Source: Candidatus Saccharimonadota bacterium (GTDB lineage: Bacteria; Patescibacteriota; Saccharimonadia; Saccharimonadales; AWTP1-31). From it: a stretch of 49,949 nucleotides of DNA. Shown piece by piece: positions 25,713 to 34,574 of the stretch (the stretch's first letter is position 1; each line of letters starts with the position of its first letter). Where the stretch lies: contig RXKC01000009.1 of the NCBI GenBank assembly GCA_003962975.1, forward strand, positions 75,578 to 125,526. The letters run 5' to 3'. Under the pieces are notes generated by a model that saw only the letters and a list, made by a program, of their open reading frames with translations, had not been told where the DNA came from and searched no databases. Both the position numbers and the translations under genes were made by a program.

Positions 25713-26055
25713 TAGTGTCAGGCGATCCGTAAGCCGGGTTCTGTTCTATCTAGTCATCTATCTAGTTCTAAGGTTACCCCTAGAATCGAGCGGATCTTAT
25801 GACAAGCCCTCGGCGGGAAACCGTGTGAGGACACATCTCCTTGCAGCAGACAGGGTTTACCTCTTCGCATCGTCACCGATGCCAACTGCGAGCTTTTACC
25901 TCGCTCGTTTCACCCTTACCAGCAAGCTGGCGGTTTCGTTTCTGTGGCACTTTCCCTAGGGTTGCCCCCGGTTGCCGTTAGCAACTGTCATTCCCTTTGC
26001 TGCCCGGACTTTCCTCCTGAGTTTTACCTCAGGCGACTAGTCGAAAGCCTAACAC
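25713..26055 (-). ncRNA. rnpB: RNase P RNA (bacterial type A-like)
   Basis: Minus strand carries GAGGAAAGTCCGGGC (CR-I) and ACAGAACCCGGCTTA (CR-V). P1 pairs GTGTTAGGC (5') with GCCTGACAC (3'). TGgTATAAT promoter at 26060-26068 and a terminator hairpin GCGCCCAAG...CTTGGGTTTTTT at 25682-25710. Confidence 0.9.
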
Positions 26056-26142
26056 TATTATTATACCATAAAAATAAGCACTTTCCTGAAGTGGAGAAGT
26101 GCTTATTGGAACGTAACTGAAGTCTCGGTCAGTTAGGCTAGA

Positions 26143-26487
26143 TTATTTCTGAGCTGCTTTTACTACTGCTTCGAAGGCAGCAGGTTCGTTCACAGCTAGT
26201 TCGCTCAAAACCTTTCGGTCGAGAGTGATATTGGCAGCCTTAAGGCCAGCGATAAGCTTGCTATAAGTAGTGCCGTTAATGCGAGCAGCAGCGTTGATGC
26301 GAGCATTCCACAGAGCGCGGAAGGTTCGTTTCTTGTTGCGACGATCGCGGTAAGCATATTGTAGGCTTTTGGTTAGCGCCTGGCGGCCACGACGGACGCT
26401 TGAGCGGTTACCACGGGTAAACCCTTTAGTAGCCTTGCGGATTTTCTGGTGTTTGGCGTGACTAGTCACACCTCGTTTAACGCGCAT
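26143..26487 (-). CDS. rplT: 50S ribosomal protein L20
   Basis: [23 protein letters not shown]...[23 protein letters not shown] is canonical L20. Confidence 0.95.
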   Translation of the reverse strand: MRVKRGVTSHAKHQKIRKATKGFTRGNRSSVRRGRQALTKSLQYAYRDRRNKKRTFRALWNARINAAARINGTTYSKLIAGLKAANITLDRKVLSELAVNEPAAFEAVVKAAQK

Positions 26488-26491
26488 CTAA

Positions 26492-26686
26492 TTAGACTCC
26501 CAGCATTTTCTTTAGGTTTTTCTTAGCTTTGCCTTGCACGCCTTCTACACCTGCAAACTTACGCTTGCGAGCGGCGCTCTTCTTTTGCAAGAAGTGGCTG
26601 GCCATTGAGTGTCGACGAAGAACTTTTCCGTTCTTGGTGACACGAACGCGGTCTTTGGTACCGCTATGAGACTTCAGTTTTGGCAT
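26492..26686 (-). CDS. rpmI: 50S ribosomal protein L35
   Basis: MPKLKSHSGTKDRVRVTKNGKVLRRHS... is canonical L35. Sits in the infC-rpmI-rplT arrangement. Confidence 0.95.
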   Translation of the reverse strand: MPKLKSHSGTKDRVRVTKNGKVLRRHSMASHFLQKKSAARKRKFAGVEGVQGKAKKNLKKMLGV

Positions 26687-27290
26687 CTTCTCGTTCCTTA
26701 TTAGTTACTGTTGTTGGTTCAGCTGGTTCATTAGCTGGCTGAGTAGCGGTCTGCTTTTTAGCAGCAGGATTACTCCTGATAACGAAACTCAGTTGTTTAC
26801 CGGCTAGCTGCGGTTGCTGATCAACGACGATCAGATCACCAAAGCCAGCGATAACTCTCTCTGCAAGCTTGAAGCCGAGGTCTTTGTGAGCCATTTCTCG
26901 TCCGCGATAAAACACAGTGATCTTGACCTTATGACCGTCTTCCAAAAATCCCGTAATCTTACGAGACTTCACTCCCAAATCGTGCTCGCCAATCTTTAAC
27001 CCAAACCGCATTTGTTTCACTTCAAACGACTTAGCGCTACGCTTGCTTTTTTGTAGCTGCTTAGTTCGTTGGTAGTTGAACTTGCCCCAGTCAATAATCT
27101 TGGCAACAGGTGGATTCGCTTCTGGCGAGATCTCAACGAGGTCGAGTTCTTGCTCTTCTGCTAGTCGTAGCGCGTCACCGCGCGACATGACACCTAATTG
27201 CTTACCGTCTTGATCTATGACGCGCAATTCGTTTGCTCGAATCATGTGATTCAAGCGGGTTACTTTGGTCAGCTTGTTAGCTCCTTGCAT
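26664..27290 (-). CDS. infC: translation initiation factor IF-3
   Basis: IRANELRVIDQDGKQLGVMS...LDLVEISPEANPPVAKIIDWGKFNYQ plus the C-domain. Charged C-terminal tail. Overlaps rpmI by 23 nt. Confidence 0.9.
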   Translation of the reverse strand: MQGANKLTKVTRLNHMIRANELRVIDQDGKQLGVMSRGDALRLAEEQELDLVEISPEANPPVAKIIDWGKFNYQRTKQLQKSKRSAKSFEVKQMRFGLKIGEHDLGVKSRKITGFLEDGHKVKITVFYRGREMAHKDLGFKLAERVIAGFGDLIVVDQQPQLAGKQLSFVIRSNPAAKKQTATQPANEPAEPTTVTNKEREDAKTEVS

Positions 27291-27333
27291 CGATTAAGGT
27301 TGAGCTCTAGTTTAGCAAATAAAACAACAGGGG

Positions 27334-28875
27334 TCAAGAAATATTTGAACTGAGTTCAGCTTGCTTATGTCTATATTGCAGGGCTTCGCTGACATGATGG
27401 GCGCGTATGTCAGGACTGGAGGCTAGGTCTGCGATGGTACGGGCGACGCGTATGCAACGCATATAGGAGCGCGCTGACAGACGTAGTCGCGTAACCGCAG
27501 TTTGCAGTATTGTATTGCCTTGATCAGTGAGAGAACAATGTTTGCGCAGCATCCGAATACTAATATCCGCATTTGTGTACTGGGTGGTGTCTTTATGTCC
27601 TTGGCGACGTAACTGAATTTGACGGGCCGCATGTACACGTTCACGAATTGTCAGACTACTTTCGCCGTCACCTGACCCTGCAAGCAGATTGGCATGATCT
27701 ACGGCGTCAACAACTATATGCAGATCGATTCTGTCCATGATCGGGCCCGATAAACGTCGAGAATAGTTAGCTAATACGGCAGGCGAACAAGTGCACTCAA
27801 TTTCGCTTCCATAGTAGCCGCAGGGGCAAGGGTTTGCGGTGCCTATCATTAAAAAATTAGCCGGGAAGGTAACGCTAGCAGAACTACGCACGACAGTAAT
27901 ACTGTGCTGTTCAAGGGGCTGGCGCAAGGCTTCAATCGCTTGTCGAGAAAATTCCGGTAACTCGTCAAGAAAGAGTACGCCATTATGGCTAAGACTTATC
28001 TCACCGGGTCGGGGTGGCCTGCCTCCGCCGGCTAAGGCGATGGGGCTCGTTGTGTGATGCGGACTGCGGAAGGGGCGTTCAGTTACGACTGTTCCATAGT
28101 CATTGCTTACGAGGCTATGTAAATGCGTCACGGTGAGCATCTCTTTTGGTGTCATTCGGGGCAAGAGACTAGAAAATGCTTGGGCCAGCATTGTTTTTCC
28201 AGTGCCCGGAGGGCCGCTCAGTAATACATTATGCCCACCTGCAGCTGCGATCTCGAGCACTCGTTTCGCCGCAGCTTGACCAGTTATATCAGACATATCT
28301 ACTGCACCTGTTGGTAATTCTATGTCGGTGAGGTCGAGCCCTTTACTGATAGCTACTTCAGCCGAACTATCTGATTGGAGGTAGGCATAGACTTCCTTCA
28401 GATTAGGGAACCCCTTTACCCGAATTCCGGGGACGATCCGAGCCTGATCCAGGTTACCGACAGGTATTACGAATACCGTGTCACTAGCCACTTGTCCTTG
28501 CAGGATACCAATAATACCCCTCACAGGACGTAATGTCCCGTCTAGGCCAAGCTCACCAATGAAGATATGTCTGTTTAATGAGCTCTGCGGGAGCTTTTTG
28601 TCTGCGGCTAGAATTGCCAGTGCAATGCTGAGGTCTAGGCTCGTGCCGTCTTTAGCTATATCTCCTGGTGCTAGATTTACGGCAATGCGCCGCCTGGGGA
28701 ATTCGAGGCCACTATGGATGAGGGCATTGCGGACGCGTTCTCGCGCTTCATCAATACGTCGTGAGGCAGAGCCAACAATGATCATTGCAGGTAAACCGTT
28801 TGTAATATGACACTCTACTTCGACGCGAATGCCGTTCATACCGGAGCTAATAATTGTCTGACTTTTTGCTGTCAT
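27334..28875 (-). CDS. comM: Mg-chelatase-family ATPase ComM/YifB
   Basis: N-terminal Lon-protease-like domain (GLPAMIIVGSASRRIDEARERVRNAL), Walker A LLSGPPGTGKTM, Walker B VLFLDELPEF. The start is set at the ATG giving MTAKSQTIISSG..., by analogy with the YifB N-terminus. Confidence 0.9.
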   Translation of the reverse strand: MTAKSQTIISSGMNGIRVEVECHITNGLPAMIIVGSASRRIDEARERVRNALIHSGLEFPRRRIAVNLAPGDIAKDGTSLDLSIALAILAADKKLPQSSLNRHIFIGELGLDGTLRPVRGIIGILQGQVASDTVFVIPVGNLDQARIVPGIRVKGFPNLKEVYAYLQSDSSAEVAISKGLDLTDIELPTGAVDMSDITGQAAAKRVLEIAAAGGHNVLLSGPPGTGKTMLAQAFSSLLPRMTPKEMLTVTHLHSLVSNDYGTVVTERPFRSPHHTTSPIALAGGGRPPRPGEISLSHNGVLFLDELPEFSRQAIEALRQPLEQHSITVVRSSASVTFPANFLMIGTANPCPCGYYGSEIECTCSPAVLANYSRRLSGPIMDRIDLHIVVDAVDHANLLAGSGDGESSLTIRERVHAARQIQLRRQGHKDTTQYTNADISIRMLRKHCSLTDQGNTILQTAVTRLRLSARSYMRCIRVARTIADLASSPDIRAHHVSEALQYRHKQAELSSNIS

Positions 28876-28917
28876 ACATTGACATATACACCAGCCCAGG
28901 CGGGCAAACAAAACCAT

Positions 28918-28957
28918 AAAAAAACGGCCTTTTGCGAGGAAGGCCGTTTTCTTTTTG
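28918..28957 (-). terminator. strong intrinsic terminator about 40 nt upstream of the comM start (also hairpin+T-run on the plus strand)
   Basis: Minus strand ACGGCCUU-CCUCGCAA-AAGGCCGU followed by U7. Confidence 0.7.
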
Positions 28958-29085
28958 GTTGTTTTTATTTTTTGTTGAGGTTTTGGTTATTACCGAGCCT
29001 CTTTTGTTTTTGATGTCAGTTCTGGGAACTGTTATCAGGGGTCTTTTTTATTTTTGAGCACTTTTTTTATTCAAGTGCTACGCCC

Positions 29086-29114
29086 ATATTATAAGGCCTG
29101 AAACCTACTGTCAA
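29086..29114 (-). promoter_or_regulatory. near-consensus sigma70-type promoter reading toward comM
   Basis: Minus strand TTGACA (29114-29109), then 17 nt, then TAATAT. Alternatively 15 nt, then TATAAT. Confidence 0.5.
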
Positions 29115-30279
29115 GACGATTATGGTAAAAAAGTATCTCCTGTGTATAACTCGCAGGAGGAACGTCGTGATGCCTGTAGTACATCTACTCTTTTACATGC
29201 ATGACGGGGGCTTTTGCAGAACGTAGTGTAAGGGCGATACTAGCTCAATTTCGGGGGGTCATACGAGAAAGCTCAAGGGCAGGGATAGTATGACCGGCTA
29301 TACATATCTATATTGCTTAAAACATGCGCTGAAGGGTCTCATTAGCTGTATATAGTCAAAAGTAACAATGTTCCATCTATAGATTAGCTGTAGCTAGGCT
29401 GTATAGACGGAATCAATGCGGTCTATCGAACACCAAGTTCACCAGAAAAAAGCTTTTTAGCAATATGAATTCTGAGTACTAGCTACATGAATATAAAGGT
29501 AAAGCTTAAACAAGCCGGATAATGCTAGTGTTCATTTTTACCTGACTTTATGAGTAAGGCCGCTGCTTAAAGAGAGCAAAAAGCATAGTACCGAGTTTGT
29601 ACAGTTACATATTGCTGGAGACATTACCAACGACGTCGTACAATCACATACAGAAAACGATAACGCATGTAGCAAAAAGGATAGAACCAGAATCCCAAAC
29701 GATAATTATGTATGCACGAATGCTCTTGCCAGTATCATTAGTTTAGTAAATAGTAGGTTTCGTATTCTCACATTAATCTTAGTTTTTGGTTCAATATTTT
29801 TTACTACTTTTCCTGCAAGGAATTGCTCTTACAACACACACAAAGTGCTGTTAGCGAGGCATACGAAGCTCGACTGTATGTGCATAGTATTTTGCTTGAA
29901 TCTATTAAAAAATATCCATAAACCCAGAATTATTCATGAATATCATTGTTATTAATGCTACGGAATATTTGTACTCGGACTAATCAACCAGGCTCTCTAA
30001 AGGTGTAACGTTATTAAAATTACAATGCATTATTATTGACAATTTATAACTTAACCGGTATGGTCAATGTGTAAGCCAAAAACAAAAACTTACAAATCTC
30101 TTCGTCGCTCTTTGTTGCGGAAACGCAGCGAGAGCGGTCAGTCACAGCTAGGACGGTAAGCGCTCTAATAGTATATTTTTTAAGCAGCGCATTTACCGTC
30201 CGGCTCCATATTTTTTAGGCCGCTAGCCTAGAGCTTTATAAACGAAAAATCAAAACAAAAATGTGCAAGGGAAAATACA

Positions 30280-30648
30280 GTGAGACGACAAAGAAAACGA
30301 ACACTTTTACTATTAGGCACCTTATATAGTGGACTGGGTGCCTTTTTCTTAGGAACGAACCCGAGGGATCTGCCGATAGGCTTGCTTCTTCTGCCGCTCT
30401 TGTGGCTTTTTGTAACTTTGGGCTATAGCTTTATGATTCTCATGCACATACTGCATATAGCAGAAGGTGATGATAATGCTCTACGTCGCAAAACATACGC
30501 TGCAGTTATTGCAGGTGTACCGGTAGGGTTCTTGCTTTTAAATTCGGTAGATCAACTTACCGTAAAGGACATTGGCTTAATCACGCTACTATCAGTGGTT
30601 TTGGTCGCGTACGCTAGTCGCTTTCGAATGCGTGAAAAACTAAGCTAA
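30280..30648 (+). CDS. small polytopic membrane protein (122 aa), unknown function
   Basis: GTG start with AAGGGA upstream. Basic N-terminus followed by about four hydrophobic helices. Confidence 0.55.
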   Translation: MRRQRKRTLLLLGTLYSGLGAFFLGTNPRDLPIGLLLLPLLWLFVTLGYSFMILMHILHIAEGDDNALRRKTYAAVIAGVPVGFLLLNSVDQLTVKDIGLITLLSVVLVAYASRFRMREKLS

Positions 30649-30681
30649 AACAACTCCGGTCTGCTATACTGCTTAACAGAT

Positions 30682-31071
30682 ATGGACGGATCTCAACCTA
30701 TACCTGCAGCTTCTGATTTACCTGCACCTACAATGCCAGGAGATACTTCAATGCCTACCCCTGCAGGTATGCCTGGTACTGACCCGACCGCAGCCCAGTA
30801 CCAGGGACAACCAAATGCTGGTCAAGCTATTCCGCCAGTGGCCGCTGATCCTGCGCAGTATGCTCAGCCTGCAGGTAGTGGATCGGCTATAACTTCACCA
30901 CAGGTGGCAGAAGATGTAGACCTGATCGAGAAAGAATGGGTATTAAAGGCAAAGGCGATTGTAGCTAAAACTCGCGATGATCCTCGTCAGCAAAGTACCG
31001 AAATCAACCAGATGAAAGCTGATTACCTCAAGAAGCGCTACAGCAAAGACGTGAAGGTGAACGAAAGCTAG
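30682..31071 (+). CDS. proline/alanine-rich protein with a conserved-looking charged C-terminal domain (129 aa)
   Basis: The N-terminal ~75 aa are low-complexity P/A/Q/G. The C-terminus reads EKEWVLKAKAIVAKTRDDPRQQSTEINQMKADYLKKRY. It ends 4 nt before the ATPase gene. Confidence 0.55.
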   Translation: MDGSQPIPAASDLPAPTMPGDTSMPTPAGMPGTDPTAAQYQGQPNAGQAIPPVAADPAQYAQPAGSGSAITSPQVAEDVDLIEKEWVLKAKAIVAKTRDDPRQQSTEINQMKADYLKKRYSKDVKVNES

Positions 31072-31075
31072 CGTT

Positions 31076-33958
31076 ATGACAGTCGGACTTTTCATGGTTG
31101 CAGTATTCTTGGCGTTGCTCACCGTTGCTGCTCTTGTTTTGTATTTTCACTACCGTAAGGTACTGCGCGAACAAAAGAATTACGAACGTGGTCTTAAAAT
31201 GGTGCCACTCCTTATTCATCTTCCTCCGAGTAGTGAAGATATAGAAGGCAATGGTCGAGACACTCGTGATGTCATTGAAGAAAACATTTCAAAGGCACAA
31301 GTGCTGTACGGCATTATTGCCAGTACCTTTAAGAAGGGTATGAAGAGCAACTTCTATGGGCAGCGGCATTTTGCATTCGAGATTATTGGCACAAAAGGCT
31401 TTGTAAAGTTTTATGCGGTTGTGCCAATCGCCATTGTAGATGTTGTTAAGCAGGCGGTGATAAGCGCGTATCCGACCGCTCAACTAGAAGAGGTTGCCGA
31501 ACACAATATATTTAGTCCTGTTGGTCGCCTGGCGGGAACTATCGGTGGTGAACTGAGCCTGAAAGAGAAGTACGCCTATCCTATTGCTACCTATCAGGAG
31601 ATCAAGCGTGACGCCATGCAATCACTGCTCAATGCCTTATCTACATTGGATAAGGAAGACGGAGCTGGTATTCAGATATTGCTTCGACCTGCTAACCCTG
31701 GTTGGCGCAAAGAAGCACATACTATCGCCGGCAAGAAGCGAAAGGGTACTAAAGACAAGAAGGGCTTCGAGAATCTGTTTTGGTGGACGAAGCAACTGGC
31801 AGTCGCAGTTGCAAAACCCCCAGAAGATAAGTCTGGCGGCGGTGATGACAAGAAAGAAATATCCAGTCTCGATCAATCTATAGTTGACGCTATTGAGGAC
31901 AAAACGCGCTACCCAGGTTATGAAGTCTTAATCCGAGTGGTGGCTTCTTCAAATATATCCCAGCGCTCACAGGCTCTGCTTAATAATATTGTGGCAGCTT
32001 TCTCGCTGTACGATGCTCCTGGCAAGAACGGCTTTAAATATACGGCTGCCAAAGACATAGATAGCTTTGTAACAGCTTACATTCTGAGATTCTTCCCACC
32101 TGAAAACCAGAGCAACATCCTTAACGCCGTTGAATTGGCAACTCTGTTCCACTTCCCAGACCAAAAGAACATTCCAACTTCACAACTGGAAAGACAGGCG
32201 TCTAAGCAAGTTGACGCGCCTCGTAACATACCAGAAGACGGTCTATTGCTCGGGTATAACTTGTTCCGTGGGGCAAAGAAACCAATACGCCTAACTGTGG
32301 CGGATCGACAGCGACACATGTATGCGGTTGGACAGACTGGTACAGGTAAGTCTACCTTCCTAGAGAACCTGGCACTCCAGGATATGTTAGCTGGCAACGG
32401 GTTTGCTTTTGTGGATCCTCACGGTGATGTTGTCGAGAAATTGTTGGCTATGGTTCCTAAAGAACGAACCGAAGATGTTATCTATTTTGATCCAGGTGAT
32501 ATGGAATTCCCAATGGGACTCAACCTATTCGAGTTTGATACGCCTGAGCAAAAAGACTTCCTGGTCCAAGAAGCAATCAATATGCTGTACAAGCTGTATG
32601 ACCCACAGCGCCAGGGTATTATCGGCCCACGTTATGAACACTGGTTCCGCAACGCGGCACTGACCCTCATGGCCGACCCAGTTGGTTCAACCTTTATTGA
32701 TATTCCAAAGGTATTCACCGATAACCAATATGCAAAACAGAAGCTCAAGCACGTAACCGACCACACTGTTCTAGATTTCTGGAACAAGGAAATGGCTCAA
32801 ACCAGTGATTACCATAAGAGTGAAGTGCTCGGTTGGTTTGTCAGTAAGTTTGGCGCCTTCTTGTCTAACGAAATGATGCGCAATATCATCGGCCAGACGA
32901 AGAGTTCATTCGACCTACGTGACATTATGGACAACAAGAAAATCCTGCTGGTTAACCTTAGTAAGGGTCGTACTGGTGAGCTCAACTCAAAGCTACTCGG
33001 TATGATTTTCGTTATGAAATTCCAGGCCGCTGCCATGAGTCGAGCCAGTATTCCTGAGTCAGAACGACAAGACTTCTGTCTGTATGTTGATGAGTTCCAG
33101 AACTTCTCAACAGATTCCTTTGCAACTATTATGTCCGAAGCTCGAAAGTACCATCTAAACCTGGTGGTTGCTAACCAGTTTACAACGCAGTTGACTGATG
33201 AAATTCGTGACGCCGTATTCGGTAACATCGGTACCATAGTTTCTTTCCGTATCGGACAAAACGATGTGGATGTAATGTCGCGCTATTTCCAGCCTCTGTT
33301 TGATGGTGACGACCTGCTACGCATACCAAACTATAATGCGGTAGTTCGTACTCTGATTGGCGGGGTGCCTACACAACCATTTAGTATGGCTGGTTTACCT
33401 CCGTTAGGTAACCCTAATTTGAACCTCGGACAGGCATTGCGCCAGCTGTCATCTGCTAAGTATGGCCGTCCCAAGGCTTTGGTTGATAAAGAGATAACTG
33501 AGCGTCTGCAGACCATTGAGCCGCCAAAGGCGCCAGGTGCGCCCGGTGCGAAACCAAGTCCTTACGGGGCTCAGCGTCCACCAGCTCCTCCTGGTACCGG
33601 TTCTTTCTTGGATGAATGGCTCACAAAACGCAACACTCCATCAGCTCCACGAACACCTGGGGCTTTCGGCAACGCACCAAAGGCGCCAGGGCAGCCGTAT
33701 AGTCCGGCGCCTACGCCAGCTGGACAAGTTCCTAATAATCCTGCTTATGCTGCTCCAGCGGCTCCTGTGAGCCCCACAGGTACTATTCAGAACACCAATG
33801 CTTCGGCACAACCACTTACTATGAATGTGCCTAGTCCACAATTCACCTCCGCATCTCCTATGCCAACTCCGCAAGGATCAAGTAGTGACCCGCAAATCCT
33901 CGGTACTCAGCCTGAGGAAACAATAGTCCTAAACAATAGAAACGATACTCCTCAATAA
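31076..33958 (+). CDS. membrane-anchored TraD/VirD4-like (type IV coupling protein-like) P-loop ATPase with Pro-rich tail
   Basis: 960 aa. N-terminal TM helix, ~380-aa domain of unknown type, Walker A VGQTGTGKSTF followed by FAFVDPHGD, Walker B-like CLYVDEFQNF, ARKYHLNLVVANQ, and a ~170-aa P/A/G-rich C-terminus. Confidence 0.75.
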   Translation: MTVGLFMVAVFLALLTVAALVLYFHYRKVLREQKNYERGLKMVPLLIHLPPSSEDIEGNGRDTRDVIEENISKAQVLYGIIASTFKKGMKSNFYGQRHFAFEIIGTKGFVKFYAVVPIAIVDVVKQAVISAYPTAQLEEVAEHNIFSPVGRLAGTIGGELSLKEKYAYPIATYQEIKRDAMQSLLNALSTLDKEDGAGIQILLRPANPGWRKEAHTIAGKKRKGTKDKKGFENLFWWTKQLAVAVAKPPEDKSGGGDDKKEISSLDQSIVDAIEDKTRYPGYEVLIRVVASSNISQRSQALLNNIVAAFSLYDAPGKNGFKYTAAKDIDSFVTAYILRFFPPENQSNILNAVELATLFHFPDQKNIPTSQLERQASKQVDAPRNIPEDGLLLGYNLFRGAKKPIRLTVADRQRHMYAVGQTGTGKSTFLENLALQDMLAGNGFAFVDPHGDVVEKLLAMVPKERTEDVIYFDPGDMEFPMGLNLFEFDTPEQKDFLVQEAINMLYKLYDPQRQGIIGPRYEHWFRNAALTLMADPVGSTFIDIPKVFTDNQYAKQKLKHVTDHTVLDFWNKEMAQTSDYHKSEVLGWFVSKFGAFLSNEMMRNIIGQTKSSFDLRDIMDNKKILLVNLSKGRTGELNSKLLGMIFVMKFQAAAMSRASIPESERQDFCLYVDEFQNFSTDSFATIMSEARKYHLNLVVANQFTTQLTDEIRDAVFGNIGTIVSFRIGQNDVDVMSRYFQPLFDGDDLLRIPNYNAVVRTLIGGVPTQPFSMAGLPPLGNPNLNLGQALRQLSSAKYGRPKALVDKEITERLQTIEPPKAPGAPGAKPSPYGAQRPPAPPGTGSFLDEWLTKRNTPSAPRTPGAFGNAPKAPGQPYSPAPTPAGQVPNNPAYAAPAAPVSPTGTIQNTNASAQPLTMNVPSPQFTSASPMPTPQGSSSDPQILGTQPEETIVLNNRNDTPQ

Positions 33959-34011
33959 AAGAAGCCAGTAACGAGATGTTACTGGCTAAGAGTTATCACA
34001 GACTGCAAATA

Positions 34012-34572
34012 CTAACGGCGTAGTTTACGTGCACCCAGGATGATAATCTCGAGAAGCGTGGCTGCCGCATAGCCTACTACAAAGAGGAGCAAGAACAGGA
34101 GCAGGTTATAGCGAAAGCCATAATGTTTAGCCATGTAAAAGGTGATTGCACTACCAACCAGGGCAGCAAAGCCACCACCAAGTAAGCCGACTGGACGGGC
34201 AATTGTTTTCTCGCCAATAGCACTGGCTACTTCTACAGGCTTGGCGTGGACTATCTTACTTAATGCGCGTTGTGGAGCCGGTAGCTCCTTACGGACCCTG
34301 TTGAGTGTTCGTACGCGCATCATGTTCTTTAGCTCACGGGTAACGGGCGGAGTAGAAATGTGTTTCTTTTCGCTGTTGTGATCAAGCTTTACATCACCTG
34401 AGTGTTTAGCTTCCTTACCGACTTCTTTACGAAGTCCCGAGATAGTTTCGGCTTTTTCTTTGGCATTTGGCGCGTGTTCTACCTGGTCATGCCGAGGACG
34501 ATGATGTTCCACGGTATGTTCAACTGGCTTTGGTGCTTGTTCTGGACTTGGCTGTGGCATTCGCTCAGACAT
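34012..34572 (-). CDS. membrane protein (186 aa), His/Lys/Glu-rich N-terminal half, C-terminal TM helices
   Basis: AGGAGG lies 9 nt upstream of the ATG, inside the end of the upstream gene. There is a 2-nt gap to the upstream stop, so the genes appear translationally coupled. Confidence 0.6.
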   Translation of the reverse strand: MSERMPQPSPEQAPKPVEHTVEHHRPRHDQVEHAPNAKEKAETISGLRKEVGKEAKHSGDVKLDHNSEKKHISTPPVTRELKNMMRVRTLNRVRKELPAPQRALSKIVHAKPVEVASAIGEKTIARPVGLLGGGFAALVGSAITFYMAKHYGFRYNLLLFLLLFVVGYAAATLLEIIILGARKLRR

Positions 34573-34574
34573 TA

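Noticed and set aside
28807-29013. 68-aa plus-strand ORF spanning the comM start and terminator
   Set aside because: It is antisense to the comM N-terminus and runs through a terminator hairpin and T-rich low-complexity sequence.
29170-29226. 18-codon ORF (MPVVHLLFYMHDGGFCRT) with a perfect AGGAGG as an independent gene call
   Set aside because: It is too short to support from sequence alone, with no hydrophobic toxin-like or leader-peptide pattern recognised. It is reported only as an element of the ORF-free region finding.
28958-30279. Chromosomal replication origin (oriC) in the ORF-free AT-rich region
   Set aside because: I found only weak DnaA-box-like strings (tgtgtataa at ~29142-29150, atatccata at ~29922-29930). 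dnaA and dnaN are not nearby, and gene orientation does not switch cleanly here. This cannot be supported without genome-wide GC skew, so it is kept only as one possibility inside the finding.
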